A stretch of DNA of 64,000 bases from Leptospiraceae bacterium. GTDB taxonomy: Bacteria; Spirochaetota; Leptospiria; Leptospirales; Leptonemataceae. The stretch spans positions 32,001-96,000 of the forward strand of contig JAVJNR010000009.1 of the NCBI GenBank assembly GCA_040217195.1, read 5' to 3'. Below the pieces are notes generated by a model. The model was given only the letters and a program-made list of their open reading frames with translations, did no database searches and had not been told where the DNA came from. How positions within the stretch are numbered: position 1 is the stretch's first letter; each line of letters begins with the position of its first letter. Below are positions 1 to 9,372 of this stretch, piece after piece. The position numbers and the translations under genes were made by a program.

Positions 1-2
1 TG

Positions 3-347
3 GTAGAGCTTAGATTACAGGAAAGATTTGTGCCGGTCCGCTATCTTATGCCTCTGATTGAGTTCTTGAACAGTGCGATATACAGTTATCATCTGGATGA
101 CGTAAGTCCGTTGCGATGGGTGTCCAGAATTTCCCCCAGGCCCATACTGTTGATCCATGCAGAGAATGACAGGATCATTCCGGTGGAGGATTCCTACAAG
201 CTCTATGAAATGGCCGGCGATCCGAAAGAATTATGGATTGAGCCAGAAGCGGACCATTGCGGAGCCTATTTTAAAGACAGAGAAGGTTATATTAAGAGGG
301 TTTCCGATTATATGGATGGAGTGTTCGCAGGGAACTATTTCCGTTGA
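3..347 (+). CDS. alpha/beta hydrolase, C-terminal part (5' truncated by window edge)
   Basis: Frame open from the window start; PILLIHAENDRIIP and ADHCGA match the catalytic Asp/His segments of alpha/beta hydrolases. Confidence 0.8.
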   Translation, partial: VELRLQERFVPVRYLMPLIEFLNSAIYSYHLDDVSPLRWVSRISPRPILLIHAENDRIIPVEDSYKLYEMAGDPKELWIEPEADHCGAYFKDREGYIKRVSDYMDGVFAGNYFR

Positions 348-1129
348 AGGCAAGAAGAGCACACTGGGTTTTTTTACGAGGACTGGGGCGACAGAGCGGT
401 CACTGGTTTCTCTTTCGTAGACTCCTGGAGAATCAGTCCCGCTATCCATTTAATGGTACTTTGCATTTTCCTGACCTGCCGGGTACTGGACTGCGAAATC
501 AGGAGCGAAGCCCGGCTCGCATATCAGCCATCACAGAAGATCTTCGCTCCAGAACGGTGGTAGGACTGCCCCAGAATGAAATTCGCTGCCTGTTTGCGAT
601 TTCTCTGGGAGGAATGGTGGCTCTGGACTGGCTAAATCGTCATCCAGGGGATTTTGACTTTGCATTCATTGTAAATTCCAGCCTGAAGGGGCTGAGTCCG
701 GTTTATCAGAGAATGCGACCGGGTGCCATGGTTGATCTGGCATCGGGCATTTTTCAGGGCCTTGTGCGAAAAGATATTCAGTCAATGGAAAGCCGCGTAT
801 TTGCCAGAAGCTGTAATCGATCCAATCCAGATGGTTTGCAAAACTGGATTGATCTACAGAGCCATTATCCTGTTCGGTTTTCGAACTTCAGCCGACAGTT
901 ACTGGCAGCCATGCGCTTCAAATCTCCTAACCCGGATTTTAATTCTCCCATCTTTCTGGTATCCAGGAAAGATCGACTTGTGGACCCTCGCTGCAGCGAT
1001 GCATTGTTTCGAAAATACGGAAGCCCGGGAAAATACTTTGTTCATCCAACAGCCGGTCATGATCTGACCACTGACGATCCAGAAGGCACTGTAGATTTCT
1101 TGAGTCTCTATTTGCGGCAGAATTCCTGA
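344..1129 (+). CDS. alpha/beta fold hydrolase
   Basis: DLPGTG, nucleophile elbow AISLGG, DRLV and AGHDL motifs; TTG start overlaps upstream stop. Confidence 0.8.
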   Translation: MKARRAHWVFLRGLGRQSGHWFLFRRLLENQSRYPFNGTLHFPDLPGTGLRNQERSPARISAITEDLRSRTVVGLPQNEIRCLFAISLGGMVALDWLNRHPGDFDFAFIVNSSLKGLSPVYQRMRPGAMVDLASGIFQGLVRKDIQSMESRVFARSCNRSNPDGLQNWIDLQSHYPVRFSNFSRQLLAAMRFKSPNPDFNSPIFLVSRKDRLVDPRCSDALFRKYGSPGKYFVHPTAGHDLTTDDPEGTVDFLSLYLRQNS

Positions 1130-1156
1130 TTGCAATGATCGGCGCTTTACACTGGA

Positions 1157-2137
1157 CTACAGCCAATCCTTTTCTTTTGTCATGGCCGTGCGAAATAGAT
1201 CTCGCAGGAATTTTCGGTACCTTTCAATAGTATCTTTCTTTCTCTGTCCTTCTGGATTGAAAATACTCTTTCGGTTAAAGATTCGGCCAGGCTTTTCTTT
1301 TAGATCGCTCCAGGTTCCTACTTCAAGAGTTAGAGGAAGGAATCTGGATTTCCATTTTCCGGGCTTTGCATGCAGCTTCCAGTAATGATCGTAGAATAGA
1401 TCCCAGAGATCTCCATGGGTTGTATAGGATTCGCTTTGTGGACCGAAGTTTAGCTGGCTGTGACCGGCCTGAATCTGAAAAAAACGTCCCATGGCCTGGA
1501 ACAGAGCATCGTCCCTACAGGCCTTTTTGGTGCCTGCATAAGGCCACCAGACATGGTCTACGGAACCAAATCCAGAATGTAAATCGATAACAGGAATCAG
1601 GCGATCCTTCACTTTGAAGAATGAATCATAGACAAATCGATACAGAGTTCTGGATTCAGGCTCCAGACCCTGACCGCGAAAATAGGGCAGTCGATGGCTC
1701 ACCGAATGCCCTCCAAAGAAAGGCATGGATTTTTCAGCTTCCACTCCAGAGTTTCGCATCAGATCCACCCCTGCTGGATTGGCTCTGCGTCGCATGGCAA
1801 CACCACCCGGATTTACCATGGGCAATGCATGAATGCCTATCTTACCTTTCTTGATCTCCGGGAAGAAATCCGGATTCTTCAGGCAATGGTAGAGGAAGTC
1901 CAGCAGAATGCGAATTCCTATGGTTTCCAGCCCATGGACTCCAGCCACAATGCCTACCGGGGTCTTCTTCAGTGCGGCCGGTGTGCCAATGCTCAATCCA
2001 TAAATTGGGAAGCGAAAACCATTTTCGGCCTTACGCGAAAACCCATGTTGATGGATGGAAACAAGTTTTTCATCCGTTTGTGCAATTTCCAGGATTCGCT
2101 TTTCGAATCGATGTAATCGGCGGAGCCCACGAAGCAT
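1157..2137 (-). CDS. M14-family zinc carboxypeptidase-like protein
   Basis: GVHGLE (HxxE), NPGG..RRAN..GVDLMRN, IDLHSG, TLEVG motifs. Confidence 0.8.
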   Translation of the reverse strand: MLRGLRRLHRFEKRILEIAQTDEKLVSIHQHGFSRKAENGFRFPIYGLSIGTPAALKKTPVGIVAGVHGLETIGIRILLDFLYHCLKNPDFFPEIKKGKIGIHALPMVNPGGVAMRRRANPAGVDLMRNSGVEAEKSMPFFGGHSVSHRLPYFRGQGLEPESRTLYRFVYDSFFKVKDRLIPVIDLHSGFGSVDHVWWPYAGTKKACRDDALFQAMGRFFQIQAGHSQLNFGPQSESYTTHGDLWDLFYDHYWKLHAKPGKWKSRFLPLTLEVGTWSDLKEKPGRIFNRKSIFNPEGQRKKDTIERYRKFLRDLFRTAMTKEKDWL

Positions 2138-2170
2138 TCTGTGGGTACAAAGTCAGAATGCTCTGTGGTG

Positions 2171-3982
2171 TCAGTCCTTTTCCTTGATCATGGCCTTTAG
2201 ATAGGGCAACGCTCTTTGAAGCATATAGTCCGGACGTACTGCATCGTTTTCATGTTCTTTCAGATATTGTTCAGCGTTCCCGTGGTTTACTTTCTTCTGT
2301 AGAGCCTGCACCCATTTCTGACGGTCCACATCGGGATCTTTTTCTGCCAGTTTGGGGAGATGGTGCCACATATCCTCTTCTCTGAATCGAAGTGGGAACT
2401 CACCATCCTTTTGATCTGAAATACGAATGTCTGGTTGAACTCCATGCACTTGCACGGTGTAACCATTGGGGGCATAGTAACGAGCAATAGTTAATTTCAC
2501 CAGATATGGAGCGCTATTGGTTTCTAGAGGCTGGATTTGCTGCACGGTTGCTTTTCCAAACGTTCGATCTCCTACAATCAAAGCTCGGTCGTAATCCTGC
2601 AGAGCCGATGCCATAATCTCACTTGCACTGGCCGAGCCTGCATCCACAAGAACCATCAAAGGTAGATTGTCCGAAACGATGGGGTATCCGTCGCTTTCCA
2701 GGTCCCGAGTACTACGATTGGATTTCAAGGAGGTTACAACTCTCTCCGCTTCCATGAACAATCCAGTGACTCGCACCGCTTCGCCCAGATCGCCGCCAGG
2801 ATTGTTTCTTAAGTCTATGATCAGCCCGGCCGGTTGTCCTCCCGCTTCCTTCTTAATGTCCTCATAGGCTTCTCGCACCATGGCGGTGATGGGAGTTTCA
2901 TGAAATAGAAAGGAGCGGATGTGAATAATTCCGATGTTATGGTCTTTAAGATAGGTTGAGTCTACAGCTTTACGCTCAATCACATCCCGTTCAATTTTGA
3001 TTTCTCGAGTGGTTAGATCTGTGGGACGGTCCACTTCCAGAGAGACTACGGTGCCTCTGGGGCCTCGAATCCGTTTTACAACCTCGCGCAAGGAAAGATT
3101 CGATATGCTTTTTCCATCCACTTTACGAATTATATCGCCTGCTTTCAGACCGGAGCGCAGAGCCGGAGAGCCAGGGAATGGGGTTTCTACAATTACATCC
3201 TCTTCATCGCCGCCTCGCAAAATGGCTCCAATCCCTTCAAAAGTGGCATCCTCGGATTCCTTGCGGATTTTTTCCCATACTTTGCTATCCAGCAGATCCG
3301 CATGGGGATCGAAACTCTTCAGAAAGCCACGGGCAGCCTGAAAGTAATAGTAGTTCATGGCAGGAGGACTGGTAGGTTTCTCCTCATCTTCCTGCTCTTC
3401 CGTTGCCGGGCCGGTGGCAGTGCCATATCTTAGCCGATTTTCCTGTATCCAGGACATCACTTTTGTGAATTCCCGGCCATCAAAACCAGTGGCAGCCCAC
3501 ATTTCATCCAGGGCTTTTCTCTGCTGTTGCTGCTTTTCCTTTAGAAGCCTGGCTTCCTTTTCCCGCTGATCCTGATTCAGAGAGTCCCATTTCTGCTTCT
3601 GAATGGCATCCCGCTTTTCCTTGATCTTTTCTACCTGGGATGCATCTATCTGGAATATAACATACTGATCGGTCCAGGGAAGCTTCAGCACTTTGCCAGG
3701 CATTGCAACTCCATAGGGTGCAAATTCCTTGCGACGATCTATATAGTCCGCCGGTAGAAGTTCCAGAGGTGCAGGCATGGAACCGATGGCTGAACGGGCC
3801 GCATCCACATAGCCCCGGTCTTGATCAATGGACCTGCGATCCAGGTAGTTGATCTGTGCATAGGTAAGTACACGGCTAAAATCCGTGGGGCCAAAATCTC
3901 CTGGTACGGCCTGAACAGCGCCAGGCAGCCCGAAGGTCAGAAGAAAGGTAATGAGAACTGGTTTGCAAAGTCTTGCTATCAT
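2171..3982 (-). CDS. S41 family carboxy-terminal processing protease with PDZ domain
   Basis: FEGIGA PDZ entry, DLRNNPGG, SASASEI, TFGKATVQ; start moved to MIARL.. which begins a signal peptide. Confidence 0.9.
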   Translation of the reverse strand: MIARLCKPVLITFLLTFGLPGAVQAVPGDFGPTDFSRVLTYAQINYLDRRSIDQDRGYVDAARSAIGSMPAPLELLPADYIDRRKEFAPYGVAMPGKVLKLPWTDQYVIFQIDASQVEKIKEKRDAIQKQKWDSLNQDQREKEARLLKEKQQQQRKALDEMWAATGFDGREFTKVMSWIQENRLRYGTATGPATEEQEDEEKPTSPPAMNYYYFQAARGFLKSFDPHADLLDSKVWEKIRKESEDATFEGIGAILRGGDEEDVIVETPFPGSPALRSGLKAGDIIRKVDGKSISNLSLREVVKRIRGPRGTVVSLEVDRPTDLTTREIKIERDVIERKAVDSTYLKDHNIGIIHIRSFLFHETPITAMVREAYEDIKKEAGGQPAGLIIDLRNNPGGDLGEAVRVTGLFMEAERVVTSLKSNRSTRDLESDGYPIVSDNLPLMVLVDAGSASASEIMASALQDYDRALIVGDRTFGKATVQQIQPLETNSAPYLVKLTIARYYAPNGYTVQVHGVQPDIRISDQKDGEFPLRFREEDMWHHLPKLAEKDPDVDRQKWVQALQKKVNHGNAEQYLKEHENDAVRPDYMLQRALPYLKAMIKEKD

Positions 3983-4230
3983 GGTGGTCAGCTTCCAATG
4001 TACAGACGTGGCCGGTAGGCTGTCAGTTTTATTTTTAAAGGTTCCAGCATCCAACCATTGGACTGGAAAAACCCACTTCCTGTTCCAGCTTTTCTGATTC
4101 AGGTGCTTTAGGGCGGTCCATTGCGGCTTCCCAATCGGGTAAAAGGGTAGAGAATCGGAGATAGAAACGCACATAGGCCGGAATTTAAAAAAAGGTCGAC
4201 GGAGGAAGGCCGGGCCCTGGTCTTTCCGTA

Positions 4231-5286
4231 ATGATTCGAACCACTGCAAAAGTCCTTATTTCTGTAGCAATGATGTCCTTTCTGGCCTGCCAGGGGGGAG
4301 AAAAGCAGGGACCATCCCCGGAAAAACAAAAAGAACTATTTAATCAAACCAATCAGGAAGATCTGAAGCCCACTATCTGGGACACAGGCGATACTACGAT
4401 TACGAACGAAGATCGTCTGGATCTTTTTGAATCCCATGTTAAGGACAGAGGCGGTGCCTACGTAGGTGTAGGATCTACCCAGAACTTTACTCTGGCGGCC
4501 TGGGCCAAATCCGAATGGATCTGGCTTATGGACTTTACCCGGGTTGTGGTGGCTACAAACAAGATTCATATTGCATTTCTTCAGGAATGCCCTACACCGG
4601 CTGAATTTCGCAAACTCTGGGAACCAGGATCCAAGACTCGTGCGCTGGAAGTGATCGAAAAGCATTATGCCGGGCAGCCGGATTATGATCTGATTCGCAA
4701 AGCCTGGAGCATTTCCGGCCCTTTCCAGCGCCGAAGATTTCGCTATGACGATGTGATTCATGAGAAATTCCAATTCCACGGATGGCTCAATAGCAAAGAA
4801 ACCTATGACCATATTCGTGGTCTGGCTCTTAAAGGAAGGATTCAGGCGGTTCGCGGGGATCTGAAAGGCCCTACCACCGTAAAGTCTATCGCCGAGCAGG
4901 CCAAGAAAATGGGTATAGTATTTCGTATGGTGTATTACTCCAATGCAGAAGAGTATTTCCCTCTGGGTGATGATTTTCGCAGTAACTGGACTTCCATCCC
5001 GGTGGATGAGAAATCTTTGATTGTTCGGACTATTTCTGTCTATCGTGGTCAGCTTCCCTGGGCTCCCGGATCCGAGCTTTCCACAGATCGTGGATTCCAC
5101 TATGTCTTACAGAGCGCCCCTCATTTTCAGAAATGGTTGAATGTGGGCAAAGAAGGACTGCGAATTGAAGACATAGTTCGCACTGGCAAAACAGATAAAG
5201 AGAACGGGATTACAATTATCGAAGGTAGCACTCCAATTCCTGAGGAATTCAAAGCTCCTGCTTCTGCTGAACCTGCCGCCCAATAA
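4231..5286 (+). CDS. lipoprotein, resembles a Leptospira conserved family (LIC_10091-like); function unknown
   Basis: Lipobox FLAC; TNED and GGAYVGVGSTQNF blocks; family recalled, not searched. Confidence 0.65.
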   Translation: MIRTTAKVLISVAMMSFLACQGGEKQGPSPEKQKELFNQTNQEDLKPTIWDTGDTTITNEDRLDLFESHVKDRGGAYVGVGSTQNFTLAAWAKSEWIWLMDFTRVVVATNKIHIAFLQECPTPAEFRKLWEPGSKTRALEVIEKHYAGQPDYDLIRKAWSISGPFQRRRFRYDDVIHEKFQFHGWLNSKETYDHIRGLALKGRIQAVRGDLKGPTTVKSIAEQAKKMGIVFRMVYYSNAEEYFPLGDDFRSNWTSIPVDEKSLIVRTISVYRGQLPWAPGSELSTDRGFHYVLQSAPHFQKWLNVGKEGLRIEDIVRTGKTDKENGITIIEGSTPIPEEFKAPASAEPAAQ

Positions 5287-5293
5287 GGACCGT

Positions 5294-6397
5294 ATGAAAA
5301 GGTACTTCCTGTATTTTGCACTTCTGTGCATTCTTTTGATTATTTCCTGTACCGGCGCCTCTACAAAGGAGTCGGTGCCCGAAAAAACTGAATCGTTGCC
5401 GGCCAACTACACTGTACATCTGAAGTTCATCAAGCGAATCAAAACAGATGCACAGCCCAAACAGGTTTGCCTCCATCCTGAAAGAAATGAATTCTATGTT
5501 GTGAATCTGAACAATGGAGGAGGGGCCATCACCAAAAAGCTGGGGCCCGGTACTCTGCAGATCTTTTCCCTGGATACATTGGAATTGCTCCATGTGGAGC
5601 CTGCCCGCACCGCCGTCGAATGCTTCATAGTTCAAAAGGATCGGCTGCTTTATTCCGATATGTTTCGCGACGAAGTGGTGCACTTTGATCTGGCTCAGAG
5701 AAAGGTTCTATCCAGAAGCCCCATCAAACCAGATTCCATTCGCAACTTTGGTGGTACCGAATACCGATTCATGCCCAAGATTATTGAGCCGATCTCTGAT
5801 TCCCAGGCACTCGTTACTTTATGGCTGGGTGGTATGGCGCGAATCGACTTTCAGCAGGGTAAACTAATCAAGCATTTCGAGAAATTCTGTGCTCTGCCCA
5901 GAGGAATACTTCCCATTCCCAATAGCACAGATGTTTATATAATGTGTTATGGCATCCCCCATGGGCCGGGAGAAATCGTGCGTTTAAATATCGAAACCGG
6001 GAAGGTAACATCAAGAATTCCCACCGGCGGCTCGCCCCGGCATGTGGTGGCTCTCAAGGATGGTACAGCTCTAATTAGTAACTTGAATTCAGGCCAGATA
6101 TATCACTTTGATCCAGCCACAGGTAAATTCTTACACAAGATGTATCTGGGTGGTGGAATCAATACCATTGATGTGGATCCTTCCGGTAGATTTCTGTTTA
6201 TCTCCCAGCGGGAGCTGGATCTAGTTTCCGTAGTCGATACCCGTACATGGAAAGTAATTCTAAAGCAAAAAGTGGGGGACTATCCCACGGGTCTGGATGT
6301 CTCTTACGATGGCCGTTACCTGGCAGTAACCAATTTTCATGAAGCCAGTATGGATCTATTTGAAATCGAATACGCACCGATCAAAGAAAGTCCTTGA
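5294..6397 (+). CDS. YncE/YVTN-type beta-propeller lipoprotein
   Basis: Lipobox IISC; repeated blade motifs (IPTGGSPRHV, VGDYPTGLDVSYDGRYLAVTN). Confidence 0.8.
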   Translation: MKRYFLYFALLCILLIISCTGASTKESVPEKTESLPANYTVHLKFIKRIKTDAQPKQVCLHPERNEFYVVNLNNGGGAITKKLGPGTLQIFSLDTLELLHVEPARTAVECFIVQKDRLLYSDMFRDEVVHFDLAQRKVLSRSPIKPDSIRNFGGTEYRFMPKIIEPISDSQALVTLWLGGMARIDFQQGKLIKHFEKFCALPRGILPIPNSTDVYIMCYGIPHGPGEIVRLNIETGKVTSRIPTGGSPRHVVALKDGTALISNLNSGQIYHFDPATGKFLHKMYLGGGINTIDVDPSGRFLFISQRELDLVSVVDTRTWKVILKQKVGDYPTGLDVSYDGRYLAVTNFHEASMDLFEIEYAPIKESP

Positions 6398-6633
6398 GCT
6401 ATCTTTCTGCCTGACTTATCCCTGATTCTGTAAATTTACTGGATCTGCTCTCTGGCGAAAATCGGGCAGGAGTCATGCCTGCAGCAATCTGGATTACTGA
6501 ACGGATGATTCCGTAAGCTCGGTGCATGCGAACTGGCTGCCTAACTGTAAGCTTCCCTGTGCATTCTATGGAAAAAAGGCAAACCGTTTTGTAGGAATCT
6601 TAGTCTACTTAGAATGGTCCGGATTGGTCTGCC

Positions 6634-7242
6634 ATGAAGCATCTATTTCTAATATCCACTTTCTCGTTTTCGCTTCTACTTTCCTGCGTTCAGTTTCAGA
6701 TAAACGAGCATAGACAAACCATGCCAGACCAGAAAACCGAAAGCTGCGAACTTCCAGCCATGCAACCGGAATTTGTAAACTTTCATATGGCCAACTGGCC
6801 GGATGCACAGAAGTCGATTCTGGAGCAGTTACAATCCAGGCCATCTCTTTTACCTATTTCAGATGGCCGCATGCGTCTTCGAATCATCATCGAAGGATTT
6901 CCCACCGGGAAGCATCATGCAGACTTTATGGAAGGTGACCCCTATGCCTTTACCTGGAGACGATTGAGTCAGGCGGCCTTTCGATGGAGTTTTGGAATAA
7001 TACCTATATACGAACCCAGAGAGCGAACCTTTAGTTTTCAGGTCTGGGATGGATCTCGCAAACTTCGGGAATACAAATACGTAAATCAATTCCATGTTCT
7101 GGTGGGCCTGCCAGCAATCCTGGCTGTTCCTTTCGTGGACTCCCGTAGCATCGAGGAAGAGGCCGTTCAGGCAACGTCCTACTTTCTGGAAGATGCCTGT
7201 TTTCATCCGGTTTATGCTCTTGCTCTGGATTCAGAAGATTAA
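6634..7242 (+). CDS. hypothetical lipoprotein
   Basis: Lipobox LLSC after a hydrophobic stretch; co-oriented with neighbours. Confidence 0.7.
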   Translation: MKHLFLISTFSFSLLLSCVQFQINEHRQTMPDQKTESCELPAMQPEFVNFHMANWPDAQKSILEQLQSRPSLLPISDGRMRLRIIIEGFPTGKHHADFMEGDPYAFTWRRLSQAAFRWSFGIIPIYEPRERTFSFQVWDGSRKLREYKYVNQFHVLVGLPAILAVPFVDSRSIEEEAVQATSYFLEDACFHPVYALALDSED

Positions 7243-7258
7243 TCCATGGAGAACCTGG

Positions 7259-7945
7259 ATGGGATTTAGTTTTCGCAGGGCTGCCCTACCTGTATTGCTC
7301 TGCATACTTTTCTTTGCTGCAGGATGTATTGGTTTTGCCTACCAGGACGTTCGCACCATGGGTCTTTCTTACCAGGATTCTTTCGCGCCGTTGCATCCGA
7401 ATTCAGCCAGGTCCGAAAATACCAGAACGGATTTAGCTGCGAAGCAAACCGATACTGATTCCCGGGACGAAAAGACCGACCCCGGCAAATCTTCTGGCCG
7501 AAACAACTCTTCCGAAGGCAATCTCTGCCATTTCCACATTAACTATGTTGGATGGACCTACTTCCCGGAGGACCGGGAGCTTTTTGCCCGGACACTACAG
7601 GAAAATGGAATCCGCTCGGAGCCTTCCTCCTCGTTATTGCTTGAGATCACCCTGGAGCAAACAGACATTACACCACTCTGGCGAAGACTTCCCAATGTAG
7701 TCCTTACCGTATTTACTTCCACTCTCTTTCCTCTGGTGGAATACTTTGAGTATGAACTGACTTTTCGTTTGATATCTGCAGACCGGGCTGTACTACTGCG
7801 AAAGTACAGGTTAATGAGTCATACAATTCTCAGTGGCCTGGTAACTCCCCTAACTCCATTTTATTATCCACCCACCGCTCGCAGGGAAGCTCTGGCAGAA
7901 GCGGCAACGGACTTTGCTCCCTATTGCCATACGTTTTTCCATTGA
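7259..7945 (+). CDS. hypothetical lipoprotein, probable distant paralogue of the upstream gene
   Basis: Start moved to MGFSFRR; lipobox AAGC; C-terminal pattern like 6634-7242. Confidence 0.65.
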   Translation: MGFSFRRAALPVLLCILFFAAGCIGFAYQDVRTMGLSYQDSFAPLHPNSARSENTRTDLAAKQTDTDSRDEKTDPGKSSGRNNSSEGNLCHFHINYVGWTYFPEDRELFARTLQENGIRSEPSSSLLLEITLEQTDITPLWRRLPNVVLTVFTSTLFPLVEYFEYELTFRLISADRAVLLRKYRLMSHTILSGLVTPLTPFYYPPTARREALAEAATDFAPYCHTFFH

Positions 7946-7974
7946 GCTACTGGACTGGTAGAGCAAAAAAGACC

Positions 7975-9366
7975 ATGCTGGGACTCAGATTGCAAGGACA
8001 GATAATCATTTTATTTTCCTCTGTTTTATTTGCCTGTTCCGGGGATCGTAAGAATACTCCATCGCCTGTAGCTTTCGAGGAGGTGCGAAAGGACTTATTT
8101 TTACGAGGCAACCTCGGGCCATTCTATGAAAAGCTGAAATCTCTGGAGGACTCCCAGGATGGAAGGTTTTCTTTCAGAGATAATCATGAGGAACGATCCC
8201 TCCGTGTAATCTTTTTTGGAGATTCTGTTATCTGGGGGGATTGCCTCACCGTTCGCTTAAAAAGACGGTTTCATGAAACGTTTGGAGATGGAGGCAGAGG
8301 ATTGCTTCGCTTTGTAGACTGGGCCCCCACGCGATTAATGGATCATCAAAATCTTACCCGGGGTGGATTCGAAAAAAAGAAAATACCCTTCGAGTCTTTC
8401 GATGTACCCACTTTTCCGGAACTGGGATTTACCGGTTTTTCGCATAGGCCTACCGGGCCCGGAGCCCGAACCATCCAGGAACCTGCACCCAGAACGCCCA
8501 TATCTGATGTAATAAGATATCAAAACTACAGAAAGCGTAACCCTTCCGCCCCTGACATTCCGGAGGTGGATTCTCCCAGAAATGCCAGATATGGAACCAA
8601 TGGAGAATCCTGGAAAAAGGTAAGACTAATTCTGCGCCAGGGAGAAGACAGCCAGGCCAGAGCTCAACTGACCTATCGCACGGAAGAGGGCTCTTTGGAA
8701 TCCATGACCAGGGAAATTGAGTTTCAGGGACAGTGCCAATCCGTAGAATTCTCAATCCCTCCTTCCAGACGAATTGAGATGAGCTTCGAGGGAACTCCCT
8801 ATATCGATTCACTTGCAGTAGAAACCGATGAAGGGATTTCTTTCAGCGCCGTAGTCATGAGGGGATTGCACCAGGCCTGGCTACTGGGTATTCCAGAAGA
8901 GCAGTTTATCTGCGGTTACCGCAAATTTGCGCCGGATTTACTAATTTTTCAGTTTGGAATCAACGAATCCCAGACTCTTCATTATTCGGTTCAGGGATTT
9001 AATGCAGAGTTATATGAACGACAGTTAAGAACCCTGTATTCCCGTATTCAAAAAGCAGTGCCCCACACTTCGATCTTAATTCTGGGACCCTGGGATCGTT
9101 TCTTGAAACAGGGCGGCTATTTTCAGCCCTATGAGGCTCATTCCAGGGTACGGGAGATTCAGAAGCGTGTTGCCTTTGATATGGGCCTGGCCTACTTTGA
9201 TGGCTATGAATTGCTGGGCGGAACAGATGGATTGCGTAAAGCGGTTAGTCGCGGGCTTATCCAGTCAGACTATACCCACGTAACCTATCCCGGTGGACAT
9301 TATATGGCCGATGCACTTTTTAAGCAGTTGATTGACGATTACGGGGAGTGGAAGAAGAATCAGTAA
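7975..9366 (+). CDS. SGNH/GDSL hydrolase-family lipoprotein (O-acetyltransferase/esterase-like)
   Basis: FFGDS block I, FGINE block III, DYTH block V; lipobox LFAC; start may be 7924. Confidence 0.8.
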   Translation: MLGLRLQGQIIILFSSVLFACSGDRKNTPSPVAFEEVRKDLFLRGNLGPFYEKLKSLEDSQDGRFSFRDNHEERSLRVIFFGDSVIWGDCLTVRLKRRFHETFGDGGRGLLRFVDWAPTRLMDHQNLTRGGFEKKKIPFESFDVPTFPELGFTGFSHRPTGPGARTIQEPAPRTPISDVIRYQNYRKRNPSAPDIPEVDSPRNARYGTNGESWKKVRLILRQGEDSQARAQLTYRTEEGSLESMTREIEFQGQCQSVEFSIPPSRRIEMSFEGTPYIDSLAVETDEGISFSAVVMRGLHQAWLLGIPEEQFICGYRKFAPDLLIFQFGINESQTLHYSVQGFNAELYERQLRTLYSRIQKAVPHTSILILGPWDRFLKQGGYFQPYEAHSRVREIQKRVAFDMGLAYFDGYELLGGTDGLRKAVSRGLIQSDYTHVTYPGGHYMADALFKQLIDDYGEWKKNQ

Positions 9367-9372
9367 GCCCTA

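Noticed and set aside
3983..4249. 89-aa N-terminal extension of the S41 protease
   Set aside because: Overlaps the divergent gene start and precedes an obvious signal peptide; treated as promoter region
4336..5100. 254-aa minus-strand ORF
   Set aside because: Antisense shadow of the lipoprotein gene
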